From Pseudodesulfovibrio piezophilus C1TLV30 (lineage in GTDB: Bacteria > Desulfobacterota > Desulfovibrionia > Desulfovibrionales > Desulfovibrionaceae): a stretch of DNA of 32,000 nt. Positions within the stretch are counted from its first letter, which is position 1; each line of letters begins with the position of its first letter. A model generated the notes under the pieces. It saw nothing but the letters and a program-made list of their open reading frames with translations, was not told the origin of the DNA and made no database searches. Location: NCBI RefSeq assembly GCF_000341895.1, contig NC_020409.1:2790001-2822000 (forward strand), in the 5' to 3' direction. The position numbers were made by a program, and so were the translations under genes. Shown one piece after another: positions 17,001-24,615 of this stretch.

Positions 17001-18950
17001 ATCTGTTTTATTCACCATGGCGTCAAAGCGGTCATCGTGCGAACGCAAGGCCTGCAATACTTGCCAAACGACTTTATACGTCACATTGTCATTCAGAGCT
17101 TCATGGGGCTTCTTGCCTGCCGGGATAACCACGGGAAGAATGACATAGCCACGCTTCTTGCCCGGAGCGTTTCGCATGACACGGCCCACGGACTGAACCA
17201 CGTCAACCTGTGAGTTGCGGGGAGTGAGGAACAAGACGGCATCCAACGCGGGAACGTCCACGCCTTCGGAGAGACAACGGACGTTGCTCAGTATGCGGCA
17301 GGTATTTTCCGACGATTCGGCCCGGAGCCAGTCGAGTTTACTTTCCTTAGTGCTGGCGTTCATGGAGCCGTCTACATGGTCGGCTTCACAAGTGAGGCTC
17401 GATACAAGCTCTTCAGTCTCGGATTCCTGATAGCTCTTCACAACCTTTTGAAACATGTTCGCAATGTTTTTCGAGCTAACCTTGTGTTTCCTCGCGTTCC
17501 TCGCAATCTCGATTACTTGGCAAAAGGCAACGGCCCGTTTCATGGGGGCGGCATCGTCCACAAGGTCGTCGGTCACATCTTGTTTTGAAAGGGCTTTCCA
17601 GCAACCGATGATCTTTGCGGCATCGTCAACTTTAAGCTGATTGTCTTTGGATTTGAGCAGGTCTTGAATACGGCGGCTGACATGGGTTTCATCAACAGAC
17701 AAGACCAGCACTTTATAATCGCATAACAGACCGAGTTTGACGGCTTCCGAGAAATTAATGGTGTACAGTTCTTTGCCGTACTGCTTTTCGTCATCCATGG
17801 AGCAAAGAACAATGTCGTCGCGCTCGGCAGTGGCCTTTGCAGTATCCCCATAGAGGCGTGGGGTAGCGGTCATGTAGATACGCTTTGCCGCCTTCACGAA
17901 ACGATTTTCATGGACTTTGACGAAGTTGGATTCATCGTCATTGGCAAAGGTTGCGCCGGTGGTTCTATGCGCTTCATCGCAAATAATCAGGTCGAATTCC
18001 GGCAAGTCGTGTTCATATTGGGCCGCATTCAAAACGTCGATGGAATGATAAGTGGAAAACACCACACTCATGTGCTGGCTGTCGTGACGTTTGTCCATTT
18101 CCTGTGCCAGCTTATCGGGTTGCGTAGTGGCCGGGTAGCGCAGCTCATGGGTAAACACCTGTACGCTGTCGTCGTCTTTCTTGCGCTTTTTGCCCACGTC
18201 GCTATCAGAACACACTGCAAAACTATGCAGGGGCGTGACGCTTTGTTGTGTCCATTCCGTGAGGGTCTGGGAAAGCAGGGCAAGGCTCGGTACCATAAAG
18301 AGGACGCGTTTACCTTTACCTGCCAATCCTTCGGCAATTTTCAAGCTGGTGAACGTCTTGCCGGTTCCACAAGCCATAATGAGCTTGCCACGATCTGCCG
18401 TCTTTAAGCCTTTTTCAACGGCATCATAGGCGGCTTGCTGGTGGTCACGAAGACCGTATTTCTCTTTAAGGACTGGCTCGGTGTCGGGTTGGTATTGTGA
18501 CCAGTCGATTTGACTATTTTCTAGGTCGTGCAGGTCGATTTTGTTGACCGGGGGGAATTGATCACTGAGAGACTTTTCAGCGGGACCACTCCACTTGTTC
18601 GTGGTGCAAACGATAATACGATTCGTGAAATATTTTTTGCCGGAAGCGGTAAAGAAACTATCTATGTCGCTTTTCTGAATCGTATGGCTTTCGGCGTAGA
18701 GTTTACACTGGATAGCGTGAAATTCTTCCGTGCCTCGCGTTTTTGCTACAAGGTCAATGCCGGTGTCCTGCTTATCAAGCCCCTCAAGCTCGGCCCATTC
18801 GGAATACATCCACACGTCACTGTACAAGTCTTTGTAAGTTGCTTCATTTTTAAGATAGCAGATAGTCAACTCTTCAAAGTAGGTGCCTTTCTCACGCTCG
18901 GTGGTAGAGGCTTCGCGGTAGGTCTCAAGTATCTTTTGAAGGGCGGTCAT
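14058..18950 (-). CDS. Type ISP restriction-modification enzyme (Mrr-like nuclease + SF2 DEAH translocase + gamma-class N6-adenine methyltransferase + C-terminal specificity domain in one polypeptide)
   Basis: 1630-aa ORF. Nuclease motifs: DTGIDLVA...AIQCKLY (D...QxK). Helicase motifs: MACGTGKTFT (I), IICDEAHRTTG (II, DEAH), MTATPR (III) and QSVGRVMR (VI). MTase motifs: IIDPFTGTGTF (I) and MGNPPYS (IV). The C-terminus YVVNGKPALDWVVERQCVKTDKKSGIVNDANDW is typical of the Type ISP specificity domain. Domain order and size match the LlaGI/LlaBIII class. Confidence 0.88.
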   Translation of the reverse strand: MTALQKILETYREASTTEREKGTYFEELTICYLKNEATYKDLYSDVWMYSEWAELEGLDKQDTGIDLVAKTRGTEEFHAIQCKLYAESHTIQKSDIDSFFTASGKKYFTNRIIVCTTNKWSGPAEKSLSDQFPPVNKIDLHDLENSQIDWSQYQPDTEPVLKEKYGLRDHQQAAYDAVEKGLKTADRGKLIMACGTGKTFTSLKIAEGLAGKGKRVLFMVPSLALLSQTLTEWTQQSVTPLHSFAVCSDSDVGKKRKKDDDSVQVFTHELRYPATTQPDKLAQEMDKRHDSQHMSVVFSTYHSIDVLNAAQYEHDLPEFDLIICDEAHRTTGATFANDDESNFVKVHENRFVKAAKRIYMTATPRLYGDTAKATAERDDIVLCSMDDEKQYGKELYTINFSEAVKLGLLCDYKVLVLSVDETHVSRRIQDLLKSKDNQLKVDDAAKIIGCWKALSKQDVTDDLVDDAAPMKRAVAFCQVIEIARNARKHKVSSKNIANMFQKVVKSYQESETEELVSSLTCEADHVDGSMNASTKESKLDWLRAESSENTCRILSNVRCLSEGVDVPALDAVLFLTPRNSQVDVVQSVGRVMRNAPGKKRGYVILPVVIPAGKKPHEALNDNVTYKVVWQVLQALRSHDDRFDAMVNKTDLVGPDTQKIEVVTITDKINAKTAAKLGSTGKGSQTIGEAETPRRDPVAKQLTFEISDFERAIYAKLVKKCGNRHHWEDWANDIAKIAQTHISRIHTILADETHVKERKAFHDFAEELRDDLNDSISDEEVIEMLAQHLITKPVFDALFEGYSFASNNPISQAMQGVLDSLEEHRLDKEADTLERFYESVKLRASGIDNAEGKQKIVVELYDKFFRNAFPKMTERLGIVYTPVEVVDFIIHSVNDVLKSEFGQTLGSEGVHIIDPFTGTGTFITRLLQSGLISPEQLPHKYKYEIHANEIVLLAYYIAAINIEAVYHTLMDGKDEYQLFEGICLTDTFQLYEKEDLISAMLEDNSERRKRQKELDIRVIMGNPPYSEGQASANDNNQNVVYPHLDGRIRGTYAANSNAKLSKGLYNSYIRSIRWASDRIGDSGVIGFVSGSGFVEKPAMDGIRKCLAEEFSSIYVLNLRGDIRKNMLSKGRAKEGQNIFGSGSMTGIAITLFVKNASTKKKGQIFYHDIGDDLSQADKLGRLVELDSQSNIQAMDEWATISPDSHGDWLNLRNDIFSKHIVLGDRKGDSKLFANYSQGLLSSRDAWCYSFSKTRLLKNMKTMIACFSDEVVRFSEAHQGETTKERASKLNAFLLSDPTLISWSVNLKKEVLRETDIQFDATKVRRTMYRPFVKQWLYMDRCLNERVLQMPRFFPDYDPENLVICVSGIGARSGFSVLMVDSVSNFHFLDTSQCFPLHYYEENQPPKKQKQVGLFDEPRSNDKKHVKRDGLTDSGLNEFRDAYPNETISKEDVFYYVYGLLHSPDYRGRFNNNLAKELPHIPCVKSAVDFWAFSKSGRGLADLHLNYETVEPYPLTMDTGDKKLEDKHYRVEKMKYGKKKDKTTLIYNAHITLKDIPLDAYDYVVNGKPALDWVVERQCVKTDKKSGIVNDANDWAIDTMNNPRYPLELFMRVITVSLETMKIVNGLPKLDI

Positions 18951-19174
18951 GGGTGGCTTTGCTCCTGCGTCAACATGCGTATGTAGTGGCTCGGTGCCAT
19001 GTATGCATCAATTGATATGGATATGGCGCAAATACAAGGGAATGGCAATGGCTAGGGAGGGCGGAAGGCGGGGAGTTTCTTGACCGGAATGAAGGGTTTT
19101 CTGACCTACACGCGCGCGCGTGAGTGGGGCTTGAATCATACGAAGGTTTTTCCATAGTCACTATGCGCGGGAGG

Positions 19175-19205
19175 GAGTTTCGATAGCAATACGCGTGCGT
19201 GCGCG
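19175..19205 (+). repeat. right copy of the degenerate direct repeat flanking the Type ISP gene
   Basis: GAGTTTCGATAGCAATACGCGTGCGTGCGCG. The exact 11-mer AGCAATACGCG sits at 19185-19195. Confidence 0.5.
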
Positions 19206-19258
19206 AGTAATTTCTTTAGTCCTTAAAGGGCATGAAAAGAAAATGAAAAAAATGCCGT

Positions 19259-19281
19259 TGTGAGTAGATTTGTGAGTAGAT
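19259..19281 (+). promoter_or_regulatory. two tandem TGTGAGTAGAT copies near the island's right end (candidate integrase arm-type sites)
   Basis: TGTGAGTAGAT at 19259-19269 and 19271-19281 (12-nt phasing). They are identical to the 11-mer at 10560-10570 and 10587-10597. Confidence 0.55.
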
Positions 19282-19337
19282 AATAAAATCGAATTTAAAT
19301 TTATTAATAAATACTAATGCTTAGACTCTTGATTTGC

Positions 19338-19361
19338 GTTCCCGCCTTACCAGAATGAAAT
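19338..19361 (+). repeat. candidate attR: degenerate copy of the tRNA-Leu 3' end
   Basis: GTTCCCGCCTTACCAGAATGAAAT versus tRNA-side GTCCCCGCCTTGGTACCATATGAGAAT. The first 11 nt match with one mismatch, then GGT is missing, then ACCA matches, then there is a looser ATGA.AAT match. Confidence 0.45.
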
Positions 19362-19363
19362 GA

Positions 19364-19399
19364 GCGGCTTACGATGAGAATCGTAGGCCGCCTTTTTTT
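19364..19399. terminator. strong rho-independent terminator (probably the original tRNA-Leu terminator; also serves the convergent GGDEF gene)
   Basis: 11-bp stem GCGGCTTACGA (19364-19374) / TCGTAGGCCGC (19381-19391) with one G-U pair, loop TGAGAA, then C plus T7 (19393-19399). Confidence 0.65.
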
Positions 19400-19448
19400 G
19401 TTTGTATGTGTTTGAAAAAGAAAGAGGGAGAATGCCTTTTTCCCAGAT

Positions 19449-21596
19449 TCAGATATTGAAGTGATAGTCGTTCATGGTGGCGCATTCCCAGCGGTTGCGG
19501 CCTGCGGCCTTGGCTCTGTAGAGAGCTGTGTCCGCCAGTTTTAGGAGCAATTCGACATCGCCTATGCTCTCGTTGAATTCAGCTATTCCCAGGCTGACGG
19601 TACAACTGACATTGCCGCTCCTTGGGGTTGCTATGGATTCCGTTTGAATACGCACACGAATCTTTTCTGCTACCTTTTGCGCGTCGAGCATGGAAGTTTC
19701 AGGGAGGAGTACTGCAAATTCCTCCCCTCCCAGTCGACCGACGACATCTGCCTTACGGACCACGGAAGTGACGGTTTCAGCGATTCTTATAAGCACCTTA
19801 TCGCCGATATCATGTCCATATTGGTCATTGATATTTTTGAATTTGTCAGCATCAAACATAATGATGGCCAGGGATGTGTTATAGCGGAGGGATCGGTCTA
19901 TTTCATGTTCTGCCAGTTCCATGAAATAGCCTCTGTTGTAGAGGCTTGTCATTTTATCTGTTCTGGCTAGGAGTGTCAGTTCTTTCTCAAGTTTTTTCCG
20001 TTCCGTGACGTCGCGAAGTATTCCCACTGCAAAAAAATCATTGTCTATCTGGAAAGAACTGACCGAGCGCTCAACAGGAATAATGCTTTTATCCTTTCGA
20101 AGTGCATCGAATTCCATGATTGATTCCATGACCTTTCCAGTTCCGGTCAATGCGAATTCCTTGAGTCCTGACTTGGCTTCCTCATGATAATGAAGGGGAG
20201 CTATGAGATCATGAATCTCGCTTCCGATGGCCTCTTCATTGGACCAGCCGAACATGGTCTCCGCAGCAGGGCTCCAGAAGAGGACAATACCCTTGGCGTC
20301 CACCATAACCAGTGAATCATAGGAAGCCTCTGCCATGGCCTTGATTTTGGCCTGTTCGTTTCGGAGTTTCTCACGAGCCACTGCGCGTTCCGTAACATCA
20401 AGGATCGTTCCCGTGGTGCGTATAAGTTTCCCGGCAGTATCGTATTCTCCTTTTCCTTGCCCATGAATGACCCGTATTTCCTTGTTGGGACGAACTATTT
20501 TGTGCTCGCGCGAATACGGTTCCTGGTTGAGTATTGCATCATGGAATTCCTTTTCGACCGTTTCTCTGTCAATCGGGTGGACCATGGAAAAAAACTCTTC
20601 GGTTACGGGAGTGACATCCTCTTTGGCGACTCCCAGTATTCGATAGACCTCATCGGACCACCATAAACGATCTGTCCTGACATCCAATTCCCAGCTTCCA
20701 AGACGTGCTATGGCTTGTGCTTCATTCAGGCTTTTCCGTGTTCGTTGTATTTCGTGGTTCTTTTTCATCCCCTTGTAGGTGAGAACCAGGGTGATCGCTG
20801 TAAATGAGGCAAGTAAAAGCCGGGAATACGGCGAGATAGGACTGGATGTAATCCAACCCTCTTTGGGAACGGCTGCTATGATCCAACTTCCGGACGGAAG
20901 ATTGACAGACATCTTTATCGATTCGGACTCCGGTGAAAAGAGCGTTCCCCGCCCTTTGAAGATTTCGCCATGCTCACCTTGCCCATCAACTCCACGAAGA
21001 GCTATGTCCAGGTCTTTCAGCCCGGAAAAATTCACTCTTTCAAAAAGTTGATCTGCATCAATGACAGCAGAAACTATCCCCCAGAACTTTTCTTTCGTGC
21101 CCTCTCGAACGACTACCGGTGCCCTTCCTATAAGGCCCGTCCCGCCCTGGATGAGAGAGAGTGGTCCGGCTACGAGCATTTTCCCAGAGTCTCGTACGTG
21201 TTTGACCTGAGGCCACTGCTTGGGAAGGGTCCGGTAATCAACTCCGATGATTTTTTCATTACCTTTAATGGGATAGACAAAAGACATGATCAAATCTGGA
21301 GCTGCTCCGATATTTTTCAAGAGTGTTTTTGAGTGAAGAGCCCCGTATGCATACTGGGTGAATTTTTTCTGGTCGATATCCGGAGTGACGGAAATGAAGT
21401 CAGCAACACCATGGATGGTCGTCAGATTGTCGACGATTTCTTTTTCTATGTTTGCCCTGAGTGTCGCTATTTGCAGAGAGACGGCGACTCGCTGTTCATT
21501 TCTGTTTTTATGGGCAAGTTGCAGCTCAATGACATCCTCCAGCGCAAGTGCAGCTATGATTATCAGGGCTGCGATGAATGAAAATGATTTCAGCAT
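19449..21596 (-). CDS. membrane sensor diguanylate cyclase (periplasmic CHASE-like domain, two PAS domains, GGDEF)
   Basis: 715 aa. An N-terminal TM segment is followed by a ~230-aa extracytoplasmic domain of CHASE-like pattern and a second TM segment. PAS domains are indicated by LGSWELDVRTDRLWWSDEVYRILG and VMVDAKGIVLFWSPAAETMFGW. The active site is RLGGEEFAVLL, with an RxxD I-site (RKAD) 5 residues upstream. Confidence 0.88.
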   Translation of the reverse strand: MLKSFSFIAALIIIAALALEDVIELQLAHKNRNEQRVAVSLQIATLRANIEKEIVDNLTTIHGVADFISVTPDIDQKKFTQYAYGALHSKTLLKNIGAAPDLIMSFVYPIKGNEKIIGVDYRTLPKQWPQVKHVRDSGKMLVAGPLSLIQGGTGLIGRAPVVVREGTKEKFWGIVSAVIDADQLFERVNFSGLKDLDIALRGVDGQGEHGEIFKGRGTLFSPESESIKMSVNLPSGSWIIAAVPKEGWITSSPISPYSRLLLASFTAITLVLTYKGMKKNHEIQRTRKSLNEAQAIARLGSWELDVRTDRLWWSDEVYRILGVAKEDVTPVTEEFFSMVHPIDRETVEKEFHDAILNQEPYSREHKIVRPNKEIRVIHGQGKGEYDTAGKLIRTTGTILDVTERAVAREKLRNEQAKIKAMAEASYDSLVMVDAKGIVLFWSPAAETMFGWSNEEAIGSEIHDLIAPLHYHEEAKSGLKEFALTGTGKVMESIMEFDALRKDKSIIPVERSVSSFQIDNDFFAVGILRDVTERKKLEKELTLLARTDKMTSLYNRGYFMELAEHEIDRSLRYNTSLAIIMFDADKFKNINDQYGHDIGDKVLIRIAETVTSVVRKADVVGRLGGEEFAVLLPETSMLDAQKVAEKIRVRIQTESIATPRSGNVSCTVSLGIAEFNESIGDVELLLKLADTALYRAKAAGRNRWECATMNDYHFNI

Positions 21597-21872
21597 GACA
21601 ATAGATCCTCTGGGTAACTTGCAGTCAATTATAGGTCATGACCAACTCACATAAAAGACAATGTCCATGATTATGCGTTAAGACAAAACGAAGAGGGTAT
21701 ATTTTGTCATCTGTCGATACATGACCGTCACTGGCAAGACCTTCTCTGCATTATGGTGTTCTCCCGGAATGTTCTCTTTTGAAATAAATCTCTAAAATTC
21801 TCATCGCGACTGAAAAAGGAAGTCGAGCTGATGGAAATGATCAGCTTCTTGGAGTTGTTGATTCATTTATGG

Positions 21873-23912
21873 CTAAAAACGCTCAAAGGTATCATCGTCC
21901 ATATCGTTCATTCCCATATCCATTTCTATTCCCAGTGGCTGAGGTTGCGCAGGAGCTGTGGCGGAATGCGAAGGCGGTGCTTTTGTCGTTTCTTTTTGGG
22001 GCAAAGTGGTATGGCGGATATGGAAAAAGCCTATTGCCTGTTCAAGTTGCATGGCTTGGGAGGAGAGTTCTTCCGCCGTGGAGGCAATTTCTTCGGATGA
22101 TCCCGCATTGGCTTGGACAACGTTGTCCAGTTGCTGCAACGCGGTATTGATTTCTGTCGCACCGACATTCTGTTCGTTGCTGGCAGCAGTTATTTCCTGA
22201 ACCAACTCTGCTGTTTGTTCAATGTTGGGGACTATGGTGGCCAGCATGCCTCCTGCCTTCTTCGCAACATCAACACTTGAAGCGGACAACTCGCCAATCT
22301 CCGCAGCTGCCGATCCACTTCGCTCGGCGAGCTTTCGGACCTCTGCGGCCACAACGGCAAAGCCTTTCCCTTGCTCGCCTGCACGGGCTGCTTCAATAGC
22401 CGCATTGAGAGCAAGGAGATTGGTTTGTCGCGCTATTTCTTCAATAATTGATATCTTTTCGGCGATAAGCCTCATTGCTTCCACTGTTTGTTTGACGGCT
22501 TCCCCTCCACGCTTCCCTTCGCTGGCTGTTTTTCTGGCGATATCTTCTGTCTTACTTGAACTTTCCGTGTTTTGGCTAATACTGGAGGACATTTCCTCCA
22601 TGGCGCTCGAGACCTCTTCCACTGCCGAGGCTTGTTGCGTTGCTCCATGACTCAGTGTTTCTGAAGAACTTGCCAATTCTTCACTCCCGGCGGCAACGCT
22701 TCCGGCTGCATCCTGAACATCCCGAACAATGCTATTGAGCTTGTCGATCATGTGATTCATGGATCGACTCATCTGTCCGATTTCATCGTTGCGTTCAACA
22801 TCAATAGTGACAGTCAGATCGCCTTTGGCAAGAGCTTCAGCCACATCTGCACTCTTTTTCATGGCAACGCTGACTCTTGTCGAGACGATAAAAGTGAGGA
22901 TCAGGGAGATGACAATAAAGAAAAGGGCCACAATGACATAGATGATCACGGTTTTGTTGATCGTATCGCCGAAATCGGCGACCTCTTTTTCTATGCGCAT
23001 GAACTCGAGTTCACCCAGCCTGTCAATGGAACTTCTCATCTTTTCAAAATGCTCTGTCCCTTCGGTCAGAGCTTGGAGTTTCATCAAGTTATTCTCAAGG
23101 TTGGCCTGGGTCAACGAGACTGCAGCCTTGCTGTGTGTTTCCCAGCCGGAAAAAAGTTCGTTGAAATCGGTCTTGAGCGCCTCAGCATCATTGCCGACGA
23201 GGTCCGCTCCTTGATTGACTCTGGATTTGGTCTGTCCAACATTCTCGACCCATGTCTTGGCCAAATCATGAATTTTATCAGGATCGGAGAGTTTGGTTAT
23301 CAGTAGTTGAGCGACGTACGCCTGATAGGCGTCTCTGTCCGCATTCAGGACTTTGGAAAGGGCGGTTTCAAGTCTTCGCCTTTGGGTCGGATCAATCTCT
23401 GTTGCGGCAAGCTTATTGTCGATGATCTGACCCAGTTTATCGATGATATCCCGCATGGAATCGAAAGAAGCCAAAGCCTGTTTCTCTTCTTCATCACGTT
23501 GAAGATTGCCTGCCAAGGTCTTCTGAGCCAGATCAAAAAGTGTTGTGTTACTTTGTTTCCATTGGGCATAGTTGCTTTTGAATTCATTCAAAGAACCCAG
23601 CATGTTCGGAGTAAAATTTTTGGAAGGTCCAATAATTCTATCCCATGTTTGCTGTGTGTTTTCCTTATTGGATTCATTTGCAGCCTGGAGTGCTTCGGCA
23701 GAGGTTACTTTGATAGAGTTGGTCGCGGCGGCCTCTGCCTGATAGGCATCCCTATCCGCATCAATCATGGTTGCCCGGTCTACGTTCAAAGTGTTTGTTT
23801 CGATCATGTGCCCGTTTATGATATAGAAGCTCGTCAATCCTTCAGCCAGGATGATGACAATGGCCGAGATAGGCAGACAGACCATCAAGAGAAGTTTCAG
23901 TCGAATACTCAC
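21873..23912 (-). CDS. methyl-accepting chemotaxis protein with a large helical periplasmic sensor, HAMP and MCP signalling domain
   Basis: The track ORF starts at GTG 23948. I prefer GTG 23912 ([15 protein letters not shown]...), which follows AGGAGG by 4 nt. A HAMP domain follows TM2. The invariant hairpin is [42 protein letters not shown]. Confidence 0.88.
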   Translation of the reverse strand: MSIRLKLLLMVCLPISAIVIILAEGLTSFYIINGHMIETNTLNVDRATMIDADRDAYQAEAAATNSIKVTSAEALQAANESNKENTQQTWDRIIGPSKNFTPNMLGSLNEFKSNYAQWKQSNTTLFDLAQKTLAGNLQRDEEEKQALASFDSMRDIIDKLGQIIDNKLAATEIDPTQRRRLETALSKVLNADRDAYQAYVAQLLITKLSDPDKIHDLAKTWVENVGQTKSRVNQGADLVGNDAEALKTDFNELFSGWETHSKAAVSLTQANLENNLMKLQALTEGTEHFEKMRSSIDRLGELEFMRIEKEVADFGDTINKTVIIYVIVALFFIVISLILTFIVSTRVSVAMKKSADVAEALAKGDLTVTIDVERNDEIGQMSRSMNHMIDKLNSIVRDVQDAAGSVAAGSEELASSSETLSHGATQQASAVEEVSSAMEEMSSSISQNTESSSKTEDIARKTASEGKRGGEAVKQTVEAMRLIAEKISIIEEIARQTNLLALNAAIEAARAGEQGKGFAVVAAEVRKLAERSGSAAAEIGELSASSVDVAKKAGGMLATIVPNIEQTAELVQEITAASNEQNVGATEINTALQQLDNVVQANAGSSEEIASTAEELSSQAMQLEQAIGFFHIRHTTLPQKETTKAPPSHSATAPAQPQPLGIEMDMGMNDMDDDTFERF

Positions 23913-24141
23913 GATGCCTCCTAGAGCAATAATTTCAAGTAGTGCCACGATACACTCGGCGCACCTGATGACAATGATAATGTTTAAGCGAAGAGCAAAG
24001 AAAGGTGAAAAAAAGGACTGTTTGTGGGCGCAGGAGGAAAATTTCCATTCTTCAGCGAAGAATGGAGTGAGAAAGGACTGTGTTCGGAAAGCGGTTGTGC
24101 GGGAAGAGCGCGTCTGAAAACATCTCTCAGAAAAAAGGCTT

Positions 24142-24186
24142 TCTCAAAAAAGAAGAAAGGCCTCATGGCGGTGATTGAGGCCTTTC
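24142..24186 (-). terminator. rho-independent terminator on the minus strand, ~520 nt downstream of the nearest minus-strand CDS
   Basis: Perfect 11-bp stem GAAAGGCCTCA (24155-24165) / TGAGGCCTTTC (24176-24186). On the minus strand it is followed by TTCTTTTTTGAG. Confidence 0.6.
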
Positions 24187-24509
24187 GGGGGGATTCCCAG
24201 CGAAATACGCCGGGAAAGAATGTTCATCGATTCCCTCTATGCCTTGCATTTTCTGGAATCACAATAGGGAAATTTCCTGATCCCGCTCGATATATCGGGA
24301 TATTTCCCCAGGAAAAGGCGTATTGAGGCCCTTAAATATAAAAAGTAATATTTCAGGTGTGTTGGGTCTGAAAAAAATATTCTGCGGAGAAGGTGCGTGC
24401 TGGTACTGTTTTGGTCGGGGGGGGCACTGCTTCTTTGCTTTGAGCAGGCTCAGTTGCTGAGGCTGGGAGTTGAGTGTCTCTGCGCGAAAAGGATTTGTAC
24501 TGAGAAAGA

Positions 24510-24615
24510 CTTTTGATTGAGCAGTCTTTAGGAGTCGCTTTTATCAATGCCACGAGTGGCGAATTGAAAAAAATACCCAAGGGGACAGGACTGCTCTCTT
24601 CTGCTCAATCAAAAG
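24510..24615. repeat. 15-bp perfect inverted repeat with 76-nt spacer in non-coding DNA
   Basis: CTTTTGATTGAGCAG (24510-24524) and its exact reverse complement CTGCTCAATCAAAAG (24601-24615). Confidence 0.8.

Larger units (their letters stand above)
10416..19361 (+). mobile_element. tRNA-Leu-integrated genomic island / satellite-like integrative element (int, orf, alpA, rep, Type ISP R-M), ~8.9 kb
   Basis: The integrase gene sits next to the tRNA 3' end. An imperfect direct repeat of the tRNA 3' end lies at the far side. A shared 11-mer repeat family lies just inside both ends. The core gene set is int-alpA-rep. The unknown ORF is visibly AT-rich. Confidence 0.7.

Noticed and set aside
23913-23948. 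12-codon N-terminal extension of the MCP (GTG 23948) containing a TGGCAC word
   Set aside because: The AGGAGG RBS lies inside this extension and serves the downstream GTG at 23912. TGGCAC has no TTGC partner at the sigma-54 spacing.
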